NCBI GenBank assembly: GCA_039586795.1 | Contig: JBDHJS010000002.1 | Location: 96,001 to 160,000, forward strand | Length of the DNA: 64,000 bases | Direction: 5' to 3' | DNA from: Gemmatimonadota bacterium | Lineage (GTDB): Bacteria > Gemmatimonadota > Gemmatimonadetes > Palauibacterales > KS3-K002 | Shown: piece after piece, positions 48,966 to 58,519 of the stretch | Layout: every line of letters begins with the position of its first letter | How positions within the stretch are numbered: the stretch's first letter is position 1 | The notes under the pieces: model-generated | What the model was told of the DNA's origin: nothing | The model's database searches: none | What the model saw: only the letters and a program-made list of their open reading frames with translations | Position numbers and translations under genes: made by a program

Positions 48966-50087
48966 CTAACCGAACAAGGTTAGGAAAACTCCAGCTGCGA
49001 CGGCGGAACCGATTACGCCCGCCACGTTGGGGCCCATAGCGGGCATCAACGGGTTGACCCGGCCATCGGTTTCATCTGATACGAACTGCTGAACGACCCG
49101 CGCGGACATGGGCACCGCGGACACTCCGGCGGCGCCGATGCACGGATTGATTTTGTTGCGCAAGAACACGTTCATCAGCTTGGCGAAGACGATCCCACCC
49201 GCGGTGCTGAACGAGAAGGCCACGGCGCCGAGAACCAGAATCAGAATCGTGCGGTAGGTCAGGAAATGCTCTGCGTCCATGGTGGCGCCGACCGCCACGG
49301 CCAGGCCGAGCGTCACGATATCGATCAGGGCGCCGCCCGCCGTCTTTCGCAGCCGGTCCGTCACGCCCGACTCTCGCAGCAGGTTGCCCAGCATCAGCAT
49401 GCCGATGAGCGGCGCGCTGGAGGGGATGGCGAGGGATGCGATGAGGCCGGTGACGATGGGGAACAGAATGACCGCCGTCTTTGAGACCGGTATGGCTTGC
49501 GGCATGTCAATCGCCCGCTCCTTCTTCGTCGTGAGCAGGCGCATGATCGGCGGTTGGATGATCGGTACTAGCGACATGTAGCTGTAGGCCGCCACCGCGA
49601 TGGGGCCAAGCAAGTGAGGCGCCAACTGACTGGCGAGGAAGATGGAAGTGGGGCCATCGGCGCCGCCGATGATGCCGATCGAAGCGGCTTCCTCGACGGT
49701 GAAGTTCATCAGGTAGCCGGCTGTTAGAGCGGCGACGAAGATCCCGACTTGTGCGGCTGCCCCGAGCAGGAAGGTGAGCGGCCGACCGAGCAGGGGCCGG
49801 AAATCCGTCAAAGCGCCGACACCGAGGAAGATCAGCGGTGGCAGCAACTCCGTTCGTATCCCTGCGTTGTAGATGAGAGCGATGATCCCGTCTCCGTAGG
49901 AGCCGAGATTAGCCATCGGCAAGTTGGCGAGTATTGCACCGAATCCGATGGGGATGAGGAGCAATGGCTCGTAGTTCTTGGTGATGGCGAGGTAGATGAG
50001 TGTTCCGGCGATGGCGAACATCGCAATGTTGCCTATCGTGAGATTGGCGATGCCCGACTGCCGGATCAGTTCGAGCGCTATCTCCAT
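48966..50087 (-). CDS. oadB: Na+-translocating decarboxylase beta subunit
   Basis: YEPLLLIPIGFG, IGIIGGADGPT, AAYSYMSLVP, GVSAVPMSARV, MGPNVAG. Confidence 0.95.
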   Translation of the reverse strand: MEIALELIRQSGIANLTIGNIAMFAIAGTLIYLAITKNYEPLLLIPIGFGAILANLPMANLGSYGDGIIALIYNAGIRTELLPPLIFLGVGALTDFRPLLGRPLTFLLGAAAQVGIFVAALTAGYLMNFTVEEAASIGIIGGADGPTSIFLASQLAPHLLGPIAVAAYSYMSLVPIIQPPIMRLLTTKKERAIDMPQAIPVSKTAVILFPIVTGLIASLAIPSSAPLIGMLMLGNLLRESGVTDRLRKTAGGALIDIVTLGLAVAVGATMDAEHFLTYRTILILVLGAVAFSFSTAGGIVFAKLMNVFLRNKINPCIGAAGVSAVPMSARVVQQFVSDETDGRVNPLMPAMGPNVAGVIGSAVAAGVFLTLFG

Positions 50088-50097
50088 CGGCCGCCCC

Positions 50098-51930
50098 TCA
50101 GGCGATCGTCATGATCGGCTTCGACGAGTCGATCTCATCACCGATTCTCACATGGATCCCCGTTACCTGCCCGGCGACCGGCGATTTGATGTCGTGCTTA
50201 GCCTTCATCGCCTCCACTGCGGCGACGACCGCTCCTACTCCTACTTTCTCCCCTTCCTTGACCAGGATGTCCACCACTTCCACCGAACCGGCGAAGGTCG
50301 AGTGAACGGGCGTTCCGCCGGACGGTGCGGCGGCGGCGCCAGCTGTGCTCTCGGTTGCTGTCGCCGGTTCGAGCGTCACCACGAACGTGCGCGACGTACC
50401 GTTCTCTTCGACCGTGCAGCGCGTGGTCGTGGGGCCGGTGAACGCGGGTGCGGCGCCGGGGGCGGGTGCTGCGGCGGCCGGTGCTGCGGTCGGCTCCTCT
50501 TTCTTCTTCAGCGGTATATCGATCTTCGAGTTGCCGGTCAGAAGACGGATTCCCTCGTTGAGCTCCATCTTCTTACCGGGGACCATGGCAGCGAGCACCA
50601 GGAAGATGTTCTCGTCGGTTGTGGGCAGGCCCCGTTCTTCGAGCGCTTCCTTCGCGGCCCCGATGTTGTTCGGAGCGGCCTCGAGCGGGTCGCCTTCGAA
50701 TACGGGCATGTCTAGCTGCTCCGAGGCGACCTTCACCACGTCCGGGTCGGACGGCAACGGGGTCTTGCCAAAGTAGCCGAGCACCGACCGGCCGTAGCCG
50801 GCGTCGATCCTTTTCCAACGTCCGTACATCACGTTGTTGAACGCCTGCAGCCAGTACTGTTGGCTGCCCGGTGTGACGCTCGTCCACGCTCCGCCCGCCT
50901 CGACCACGATCGGGAATTCCGCGAGTACCTCGCTGTACTTATCGAGGATCCCGGCTTTCACCATCATGTGAACGTTGGGGCCGATGGCGCCACCAGGCAT
51001 TGGGAAGCCGAGCACCCGGGCGTCCGCTGTAGTGGTCGTGGGGTTGAAGTCGTAGTCCTTGAACCCCTCGTTCATCAGGCTCTCGATCTCCGGCAGCTTG
51101 GAGACATCGATGTCCAGCGAGTAGCCGGTTCCTTTCAAGCCGTGGGCCAGCGAGCGGGCGTCGGGCTGAACGGTTCCGCTGGCCAGCGGCCGCAGTGAGA
51201 GGTCGACTCCGTCGGCGCCTCCGTCGATCGCCGCCATGTAGCAGGCGACCGCGGTGCTGGCTGTGTCGTGCGTGTGTGCCCACAGCGGCATCTCGGGCGG
51301 CATGATCTTCTTCAGACCGCGCGCCGTGTCGTATATGGTCTTGGGGTCCGTCGTGCCACTTGCGTCCTTCAAGCAAATGCTGTCGATGTGTACTCCGCTC
51401 TCCAGCAATTTCTTTCCGATATTGATGTAGAACTCGGGTGTGTGAACCGTCTTCGACTCGAACGGCAACCCCATCAGCGCAATGCACACCTGGTGGTGCA
51501 TACCGGCGTCGACGATGGGCTGTCCCGTCTTTACGAGGTTCTCGGTGTCGTTCATGAAGTCGAAGTTCCGGTCCCACGTCGTGCCAGACTCGGCCATGAG
51601 CTTGCCCTGCAATTGCAGGGCTTCGATGCTCTGGGTCGTCAGAGTCACGCCGGACACCGAACGCGTGAGGATCTGCAAGTCCGCATCGGGGCCGACGGCG
51701 GCGCGGATCTTCCGCATGTCTTCGAACGGGTTCTCTCCCAGGTAGAAATAGGGCGCCTGGTAGCGAGCGCCGCCCCCAAACTCGAAGTGTCGGAAGCCGG
51801 CTCGCGCCGAGGCTTCCATCGCCGGGAGGAAATCGTTCAGACGGACCTTGCCGCCAAACGAGCTCTGCAGCCCGTCGCGAAACGGTGTGAACATGACCCT
51901 GATCTTCTTGGGGTCTTTTGCGAAGATCAT
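50098..51930 (-). CDS. oadA: Oxaloacetate decarboxylase alpha-like carboxyltransferase with biotinyl domain
   Basis: FRDGLQS, CLKDASG, HTHDT, PGG, VTPGSQ; Ala/Pro linker; EAMK biotin-attachment site. Confidence 0.88.
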   Translation of the reverse strand: MIFAKDPKKIRVMFTPFRDGLQSSFGGKVRLNDFLPAMEASARAGFRHFEFGGGARYQAPYFYLGENPFEDMRKIRAAVGPDADLQILTRSVSGVTLTTQSIEALQLQGKLMAESGTTWDRNFDFMNDTENLVKTGQPIVDAGMHHQVCIALMGLPFESKTVHTPEFYINIGKKLLESGVHIDSICLKDASGTTDPKTIYDTARGLKKIMPPEMPLWAHTHDTASTAVACYMAAIDGGADGVDLSLRPLASGTVQPDARSLAHGLKGTGYSLDIDVSKLPEIESLMNEGFKDYDFNPTTTTADARVLGFPMPGGAIGPNVHMMVKAGILDKYSEVLAEFPIVVEAGGAWTSVTPGSQQYWLQAFNNVMYGRWKRIDAGYGRSVLGYFGKTPLPSDPDVVKVASEQLDMPVFEGDPLEAAPNNIGAAKEALEERGLPTTDENIFLVLAAMVPGKKMELNEGIRLLTGNSKIDIPLKKKEEPTAAPAAAAPAPGAAPAFTGPTTTRCTVEENGTSRTFVVTLEPATATESTAGAAAAPSGGTPVHSTFAGSVEVVDILVKEGEKVGVGAVVAAVEAMKAKHDIKSPVAGQVTGIHVRIGDEIDSSKPIMTIA

Positions 51931-52148
51931 TTTTCCTCCTCGACTTTAGTCACTTTCATACCCGGATACATGGTTGTCACCGCCGTTGTTACCGCTGCCA
52001 ACAACGCTGAATCACTCTCCGCTAGTTTCTCGAGCGTTTCAGGGAACACGGCGATGAGTATGCGCATGGCGATGGCCAGAATCGTGAGCAAAACGAACAC
52101 CGCCAGCAACGCTGAAAGACAGGCGAATAGGAGTTGAGACGATTCCAT
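51927..52148 (-). CDS. oadG: Decarboxylase gamma/delta subunit (OadG-like)
   Basis: Single TM helix (VFVLLTILA), AAVTTAV; overlaps the oadA start. Confidence 0.75.
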   Translation of the reverse strand: MESSQLLFACLSALLAVFVLLTILAIAMRILIAVFPETLEKLAESDSALLAAVTTAVTTMYPGMKVTKVEEEK

Positions 52149-52149
52149 T

Positions 52150-53124
52150 TCAATTCTTCCTCGACGAGAGATCCTCGAGAGAACCGATGACCAGTCTGCC
52201 CTTCGTGAAGGGCTGGTCGTAGCCCTCGATCACTAGCTCCAGATCGTCTCCCAAGCTAACGACTCGGCCAGCCGCGATCGCCTCCGGTTGGTCACCAGAG
52301 TCATCGGTGCAGAGAACGACCTCACGGTCGATGATCAGCGAGCGCGAGCGATAGCGTTCCAGCAACGCATTGTAATTGCCGGCGGAGAGCTGGCGATAGT
52401 TACTGTCGAGGGCAGCGATCAGCTCCTCGAAGAATCTCTTTTGCGTGCACTCCTCGGGCTTGGTAGAGGCCAGGCGGAGCGCGGAGGCGAGCGGCACGAA
52501 CGGAGTGGGCTCGATGTCGGGGTCGGTTTCTACGTTGACGCCGAACCCCAGCACCGCTCCGCTGATTGCCTTACCTACGCTTTGTGTATATGCCAGCACG
52601 CCGCCTACTTTTGCACCTTCGATAAGAATGTCGTTGACCCACTTGATACGGGCCGAATGCTCGAGCCCCGGCATCGCGTCGATTGCGTCCGTGACGGTAA
52701 CAGCAGCGAGGACAGTGAAGCTGACCGCCGGGCACTCTATCGCGCGAGCCGGCCTGAGGTGCACCGAGAGATAGGTGTTACCTCGAGGTGCGGACCATGC
52801 GCGCCCCTTGAAACCGTGGAAGCGGGACCCCGCGCCGGCCAGGCACAGGACGCGATCCGGCAGACTTGCCTCGTCTCTGTTAAGCTCTATCAGAAGGTCG
52901 TATTGAGAGCGTTCGGATACCTCCGCCAAGAACAAGTAGTTCCAGGGCGAATCGCGTTCGACCTCGCACGCACGGAGCTCTGCTCCGCCGTAAACACCTT
53001 CTATGAGACGCCGGACACCGTCTGAGGGCTCCGACGCCGGCGCCGACCCGAGATCGGCGCCATGCCCGAGTATCGTCCGGGCGTAATCGACGCTATCTGT
53101 GTAGACTAACATTGCCTCTGGCAC
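52150..53124 (-). CDS. birA: Biotin protein ligase without HTH domain
   Basis: GFKGRAWSAPRG..YLS, IKWVNDIL..GAKVGGVL, GFGVNV. Confidence 0.85.
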   Translation of the reverse strand: MPEAMLVYTDSVDYARTILGHGADLGSAPASEPSDGVRRLIEGVYGGAELRACEVERDSPWNYLFLAEVSERSQYDLLIELNRDEASLPDRVLCLAGAGSRFHGFKGRAWSAPRGNTYLSVHLRPARAIECPAVSFTVLAAVTVTDAIDAMPGLEHSARIKWVNDILIEGAKVGGVLAYTQSVGKAISGAVLGFGVNVETDPDIEPTPFVPLASALRLASTKPEECTQKRFFEELIAALDSNYRQLSAGNYNALLERYRSRSLIIDREVVLCTDDSGDQPEAIAAGRVVSLGDDLELVIEGYDQPFTKGRLVIGSLEDLSSRKN

Positions 53125-53254
53125 GAGCGAGGTAGCGGTGGGGCTAGGAGAGACCCTAATAGGGTGCCGATCTGGGGGGGATTTGTCAATTGCTAATTGG
53201 AATCTCTATGCGGGCCGCCGGGCCTGAGGCCTCGGCGAGAGGGTCGGTAAGACG

Positions 53255-54697
53255 GTGATCGACGCCACGATCGTCGTCGCCTATCTCGGCGTGATGCTGT
53301 TTGTCGGCTGGCGGGCGCGACGGCAGTCACCGGAGTCGTACTGGGTTGCGGATCGGCGCTACTCAGCGGGCGTTGTCGCTGTGTCGCTGGTCGCGACGAT
53401 CTTCGGAGCCTCCTCGACGATGGGTATCATCGGGCTGGGCTACTCCGGCGGAATGACGGCAGCCTGGTGGTCGCTGATCGGGGCCGTCGCACTCGTGCCC
53501 TTCGGGCTGTTCCTGGCCGCTCGTGTGCGAGCGCTCCAGGTGTTCACACTTCCCGATATACTGCGCAGGACGTACGGTAATCGCGTGGCGGTTCCTGCGG
53601 CTTTGATGATTGCCATTGCCTGGTGTGGGATCGTTGCCGCCCAGATGACGGCGGGTGCTCTGCTGTTGAGTCGTACCCTCGAGCTGGACCACGGGTGGGC
53701 GCTCGCCGCCGTAGCGGTCGTCTTCGTGCTGTACACCTATTGGGGTGGTCAGCTTTCTGTCATCAGGACGGACTCTTGGCAGTTCGCGTTGTTTCTCGGC
53801 GGCCTGCTGGTCTGTCTCGCACTACTATTGATTGCTCTCTCCGGTCATGGTTCGACAGCCGAGATTCCGGAAGGTCATCTTCGCTTCCCGACCTCCGAGT
53901 CGTTCGGGTGGTACGACTTGTTGGTCTTCTATCCGCTGATCGTTGGACTGCCGTACCTGGCCGGCCCGGATATCTACTCTCGAGTTCTATGCGCGAGGGA
54001 CGCAGGGTCCGCGAGAAAGGCGGCATTGATCAGCGCGGTCGTCGTCGTGCCGGTCTCGCTGTTGTTGGCGGGGCTGGGCGTTCTAATACGAGCGAGGTTC
54101 CCCGGGATCGCGCCGGAGTCGGCGTTGCCAACGGCTGTGGATGCTCTGGTCCCTGTTGGCTTGGCAGGCCTCATCGTCGCCGGCTTTCTCGCCGCTGTCA
54201 TGTCCTCTGCGGATACGACGCTCATCTCGGCGTCGACGATCGTTTCATTGAATGTGTTCGGCGCGAAGGGGACGCTGTCGCGTGAGCGGGAACTCCAGCT
54301 AACGCGGATCGCGCTGGTGTTCGTGGGGCTCGCGGCGTGGGCCATAGCCAGCTTCGAGCGCGGGATCATCTCGGCGTTGCTATTGGGCTATACGGTCTTC
54401 GTCGGCGGCGTCGTGTTTCCTACTCTGGCCAGCTTCCTGCCCGAGCGCTTCAGGGCAGGCCGGGACATCGTGATGGTCGCTGTGATCGTGGGCGGAGCGA
54501 CGGCGCTTGTCGGGGCGATCGCGGGAGGCTCGGTGTTGAGAGAGATCTTGGGTACGGGAGGGGATCGGCTGCTCGAGACGGTGCTGGGTTCGCGATATCC
54601 GTCCATCATACCGGTCTTACTGTGCGTTTCGATTCTCCTCGTCGGCTGGCTTCTATCACGAAAGTCCGCGGATCAGGCTCCTCAAGTGGTGGAGTAA
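53255..54697 (+). CDS. Sodium:solute symporter (SSS) family protein
   Basis: About 13 TM helices; YW.ADR, SLVAT, TLPD, YTYWGG..SVIRTD, AAVMSSADT. Confidence 0.9.
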   Translation: MIDATIVVAYLGVMLFVGWRARRQSPESYWVADRRYSAGVVAVSLVATIFGASSTMGIIGLGYSGGMTAAWWSLIGAVALVPFGLFLAARVRALQVFTLPDILRRTYGNRVAVPAALMIAIAWCGIVAAQMTAGALLLSRTLELDHGWALAAVAVVFVLYTYWGGQLSVIRTDSWQFALFLGGLLVCLALLLIALSGHGSTAEIPEGHLRFPTSESFGWYDLLVFYPLIVGLPYLAGPDIYSRVLCARDAGSARKAALISAVVVVPVSLLLAGLGVLIRARFPGIAPESALPTAVDALVPVGLAGLIVAGFLAAVMSSADTTLISASTIVSLNVFGAKGTLSRERELQLTRIALVFVGLAAWAIASFERGIISALLLGYTVFVGGVVFPTLASFLPERFRAGRDIVMVAVIVGGATALVGAIAGGSVLREILGTGGDRLLETVLGSRYPSIIPVLLCVSILLVGWLLSRKSADQAPQVVE

Positions 54698-54752
54698 TGG
54701 AGTTGTGGAATTGGCGGTTCTACAGTGCCTCCATAGCATTCCACAACTCCAT
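54689..54752. repeat. Inverted octamer-based repeat element with a perfect 15-bp stem
   Basis: GTGGAGTA ATGGAGTT GTGGAATT; ATGGAGTTGTGGAAT (54697-54711) is the exact reverse complement of 54738-54752. Confidence 0.8.
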
Positions 54753-54776
54753 GGGCCCACCTGTCCGATTTGGGGT

Positions 54777-54965
54777 TCACCGATGGATCTTGGTCCAGCG
54801 AAGAATATCCTCCATCAGGCACCACTTCGTGATCGCTGACTGAATCAGGTTCAGTCCGACGAAGGCCGTGAACAGCAGCCACCAGGGACTGACGTACCAG
54901 GCGAGGGCCAGGCTTGCCAGAACGAAAGTTCCTGCTATCAGTCGAATCTTATGATCCATGCTCAT
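54777..54965 (-). CDS. DUF2892 (YgaP-like) small membrane protein
   Basis: IRLIAG.FVL, FVGLNLIQSAITKWCLME. Confidence 0.85.
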   Translation of the reverse strand: MSMDHKIRLIAGTFVLASLALAWYVSPWWLLFTAFVGLNLIQSAITKWCLMEDILRWTKIHR

Positions 54966-54967
54966 CG

Positions 54968-55294
54968 CTAATCCTCGCTTCCATTAAAGTGCTCACAACA
55001 AACAAACTGCTCCACGTCGAGGATGGCCGCGCGTATCGGGTGCTGCGGATCCTCGACCCCCGTGCAGGTGGCGACGGCGTGCGTCAGTCGCGCGGCCTGC
55101 TCTTCCGGTAACACGCTCATCAACAGCTCCGAGCGGTAAGGCGCCGTCTCGCCGTACCAGCCACCCGAGGGGCCGGGCCGGTGACCTTCGACCGGCAACC
55201 GACTGAAGGACTGTATGTCGGTCTGCTTGAGAAGACGGTCGACGCATCCTTCGTCGCCTTTGAGGTACATCAGAATTGCTAGCTTCATACTCAT
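54968..55294 (-). CDS. Small PII-like, transporter-associated protein
   Basis: About 108 aa with GlnB-like beta-alpha-beta pattern and V.GH loop; directly follows the RND gene. Confidence 0.55.
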   Translation of the reverse strand: MSMKLAILMYLKGDEGCVDRLLKQTDIQSFSRLPVEGHRPGPSGGWYGETAPYRSELLMSVLPEEQAARLTHAVATCTGVEDPQHPIRAAILDVEQFVCCEHFNGSED

Positions 55295-58200
55295 CTAGTT
55301 CGTCTCCGGCTCTGGCGTGTCAGATGTTTGAACAGCGGCTATCGCTTCGGTCGCGCGGCCGCCTTTGGTATGTACCAGGAAGTAGATCGCGGGTACGACG
55401 ATCAGAGTGAGGATCGTCGAAGCTATAGCGCCGGCGATCAGCGCCACGGCAAGACCTTCGAAGATCGGGTCGAACAGAATAACGATCGCGCCGATCACCA
55501 CCGTTCCAGCTGTTAGTGCGATCGGCCGTGTACGCACCGCGCCCGCCTCGATGACAGCCTTCTGCAGAGGTACCCCGGCCTGACGGCGAGCGTCCAGATA
55601 GTCGATCAAGAGGATCCCGTTGCGAACCATGATGCCGGCCAGTGCGATCATCCCGATCATCGATGTCGCGGTGAAGAACGCACCGAAGATCCAATGTCCG
55701 GGAGCGATGCCTACCAGGGTCAGCGGTATCGCGGTCATCATCACGAGGGGGGCTATGAACGAGCCGAACCAGGCGACGATCAACGCGTAGATCAGCAGCA
55801 GGGCGCCGGCGAAAGCGATGCCCAGGTCCCTGAAGACCTCGTATGTGACCTGCCACTCTCCGTCCCACTTCATGACGGGGCGCTCCACGAGCCCTGGCTG
55901 TCGCGCGAAGAGCTGACCGACGGTGCCGGTGGGCATATCGATCTCAGCGATCTGTTTTTTCAGATCGAGTATCGCGTAGACCGGACTCTCGACCTCTCCA
56001 GCCACCTCGGCCAGAATGTAGACCACGCGCTGACCGTTCTTGCGGTCGATCGCTTTGGGTACCGACGTCATCTCTGGCTCGACCAGCTCGCCCAGAGGAA
56101 CCAGTCCGCCGGTCATCGAAGCTACGTGCACGCCTCCCAAGCGGTCGACACCGGAGCGAGCGGCCTCGGTCAACCGAACCCTCACCGGCACAGTGTTTCT
56201 CGAGTGGGGCTGTGACAGGTGCGTGACAACCTGGCCGGAAAGGGCCACCCGGGCTGACTGAACGACGGCGGCCTTTGGCACGCCGCTGAACGCCGCCTTC
56301 TCTTCGTCTACGGCGAGCCGGATTTCACGCTGCGGGGCCGTGAGCGACCAGTCGACGTCGACGACGGAGTTGTGCGCCTCGAACAGACCGCGGATCTCCG
56401 TCGCCACCCGTTCCTGCGTCTCGGCGTCGGGACCGTACACCTCGGCGACGAGGGTACTAAGCACGGGGGGACCGGGCGGCACCTCGACGACTTTAACCCT
56501 TACGCCGGTATCCGACGCACCGGCAACAGCCTCTACGACGGGGCGAATCTTGAGGGCCACGTCGTGGCTCTTCGCGCTACGCTCCGATTTGTGGACCAGG
56601 TTGACCTGAATGTCTGCGATGTTGGGTCCGCGGCGCAGGTAGTAGTGCCGGATCATGCCGTTGAAGTTGAACGGCGCCGCCGTTCCGGCGTACAGCTGGA
56701 TGTCGGAGACCTCCGGAACAGCGGCCAATGAACGGGAGATGTCCTCGGCGACCGCGGTGGTGGTCTCGAGCGGCGTGCCCTCCGGCATATCGATGATGAT
56801 CTGCATCTCGTTCTTGTCATCGAACGGCAGCATCTTCACGGCCACGCCGCCGGTCACGAACATCGCCGCCGCCGCCAGCGTCAGGACGAATACGCCGCTC
56901 AACATTCCCCACAGCCACACCGGTCGCCTGAGCAGCGGGCCCATGACGCGCTCGTAGGCCTTGTAGAGCCTTGTCTCCTCGAGGACGTAAGCGGGCTTGT
57001 CATCCTTTGCGTGAGCGCCGCGCAGCAAGCGGAAGGCCAGCCAGGGCGTACCGATGAGAGCTACGGCGAGGGAGAAGAGCATGGCGACGGTAGCGCCGAT
57101 GGGCATCGGGCTCATGTAGGGTCCCATAAGTCCCGAAACGAAGAGCATCGGTAGGACCGCCGCGATGACCGTAAGCGTGGCCAGGATTGTCGGGTTTCCA
57201 ACTTCGTCCACAGCCGCCCGCGCGGCAGCCCGTGCGGGCCGGTCGCGCATGGCGAAGTGACGTTCGATGTTCTCGGCGATGATGATCGAGTCGTCGATGA
57301 CAATACCGGTGACGAAGATCAGAGCGAACAGCGTCACGCGGTTCAGCGTGTAGCCGAAGAACTGATAGACGAAGAGTGTGAGGGCGAAGGTGATCGGCAC
57401 CGAGATCATCACGATCACGGCACTGCGCCAGCCCATGGCGAGGGCGACGACGATCCCCACCGCTATGATCGCGAGCAGTAGGTGCTCTTTGAGAGTGTCG
57501 GTCTTTTCACGCGCTGTCTCGCCGTAGTTGCGGGTCACGACGGCATCCACGTCTTCGGGCATTAGGCGACCGTGCAGCGATTCGACCTTCTCCTCCAACG
57601 CTCGACCCAGCATGGTCGCGTCGGCACCGGGTCGCTTCGAGATGGCGATCGTCACCATCGGCGACAGCACATCCCCCGGCCTGCCATGGAACGTGTAGTT
57701 GGTGACTTCCGCGGGTCCGTCGATCACGTCAGCGACATCCGACAGCTGGATCAACTGACCGTCTCTAACGTCGATCACGACCGACTCGACATCCCGTGCG
57801 GACTCGAGGAACGGCCCCGCGGTAACGCGGACTACTTCGTCACCGCGCGTGTACGTTCCGGCTTCCATGTTCGTGTTGGCCATCCGCAAGCGCTCGGCGA
57901 TCATTACCGGGTCGACGCCGAACGCGGCCATGCGGTCGGGTGCCAGTTCGACCCTGATCTCCCGGGGATAGCCACCGATTACCTGAACGTCGCGAACTTC
58001 GGGGACGGACTCGAGCGTCACTCGCAGCTCGTCCGCCATTGCCCGCAGCGTGCTGTGGTCGTAGTCGGCACCCGTGAGCGTTAGGGTGAAGAACGGAACG
58101 TCGTCGATCGTCACCGTCTTGATCAACGGCATGCTGAAGCCAGGCGGCATGCGGTCTGCGTACTTCAGCATCGTGGTGTAGAGCCGAACTAGACTCTCTT

Positions 58201-58519
58201 CCATGTCGCGGCCGACTTCGTAGCGGACGGTCACGAGACCGAAGCCGGGCTGCGCGTGGCTGTAGACGTACTCCACGCCTTCGATCCCGGACAGAACGTT
58301 CTCTACGGGGATCAGCAGCCGGTTTTCCACTTCGTCTGGCGTCGCCCCGGGCAGCGGCATGTAGATGTCGGCCAGGGGAACGATGATCTGGGGCTCCTCC
58401 TCACTGGGCATCGTGAAGACGGTATAGAGACCGAGCGCAAGCGCGCCGGCGATGAGCAGCGGCGTCAGCTTGGAATCGAGGAACGCGTCGGCGAGTCTGC
58501 CGGCGATCTGGCTTCTCAT
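55295..58519 (-). CDS. RND efflux permease (AcrB/AcrD/AcrF family)
   Basis: EEEPQIIVP, GIVIDDSIIIAENI, PPGPPV, GIMVRNGILLID, RTRPIALT. Confidence 0.95.
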   Translation of the reverse strand: MRSQIAGRLADAFLDSKLTPLLIAGALALGLYTVFTMPSEEEPQIIVPLADIYMPLPGATPDEVENRLLIPVENVLSGIEGVEYVYSHAQPGFGLVTVRYEVGRDMEESLVRLYTTMLKYADRMPPGFSMPLIKTVTIDDVPFFTLTLTGADYDHSTLRAMADELRVTLESVPEVRDVQVIGGYPREIRVELAPDRMAAFGVDPVMIAERLRMANTNMEAGTYTRGDEVVRVTAGPFLESARDVESVVIDVRDGQLIQLSDVADVIDGPAEVTNYTFHGRPGDVLSPMVTIAISKRPGADATMLGRALEEKVESLHGRLMPEDVDAVVTRNYGETAREKTDTLKEHLLLAIIAVGIVVALAMGWRSAVIVMISVPITFALTLFVYQFFGYTLNRVTLFALIFVTGIVIDDSIIIAENIERHFAMRDRPARAAARAAVDEVGNPTILATLTVIAAVLPMLFVSGLMGPYMSPMPIGATVAMLFSLAVALIGTPWLAFRLLRGAHAKDDKPAYVLEETRLYKAYERVMGPLLRRPVWLWGMLSGVFVLTLAAAAMFVTGGVAVKMLPFDDKNEMQIIIDMPEGTPLETTTAVAEDISRSLAAVPEVSDIQLYAGTAAPFNFNGMIRHYYLRRGPNIADIQVNLVHKSERSAKSHDVALKIRPVVEAVAGASDTGVRVKVVEVPPGPPVLSTLVAEVYGPDAETQERVATEIRGLFEAHNSVVDVDWSLTAPQREIRLAVDEEKAAFSGVPKAAVVQSARVALSGQVVTHLSQPHSRNTVPVRVRLTEAARSGVDRLGGVHVASMTGGLVPLGELVEPEMTSVPKAIDRKNGQRVVYILAEVAGEVESPVYAILDLKKQIAEIDMPTGTVGQLFARQPGLVERPVMKWDGEWQVTYEVFRDLGIAFAGALLLIYALIVAWFGSFIAPLVMMTAIPLTLVGIAPGHWIFGAFFTATSMIGMIALAGIMVRNGILLIDYLDARRQAGVPLQKAVIEAGAVRTRPIALTAGTVVIGAIVILFDPIFEGLAVALIAGAIASTILTLIVVPAIYFLVHTKGGRATEAIAAVQTSDTPEPETN

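Noticed and set aside
53125..53254. BirA operator in the birA/SSS intergenic region
   Set aside because: Only a half-site-like TTGTCAA is present with no matching inverted half, and this ligase lacks an HTH domain.
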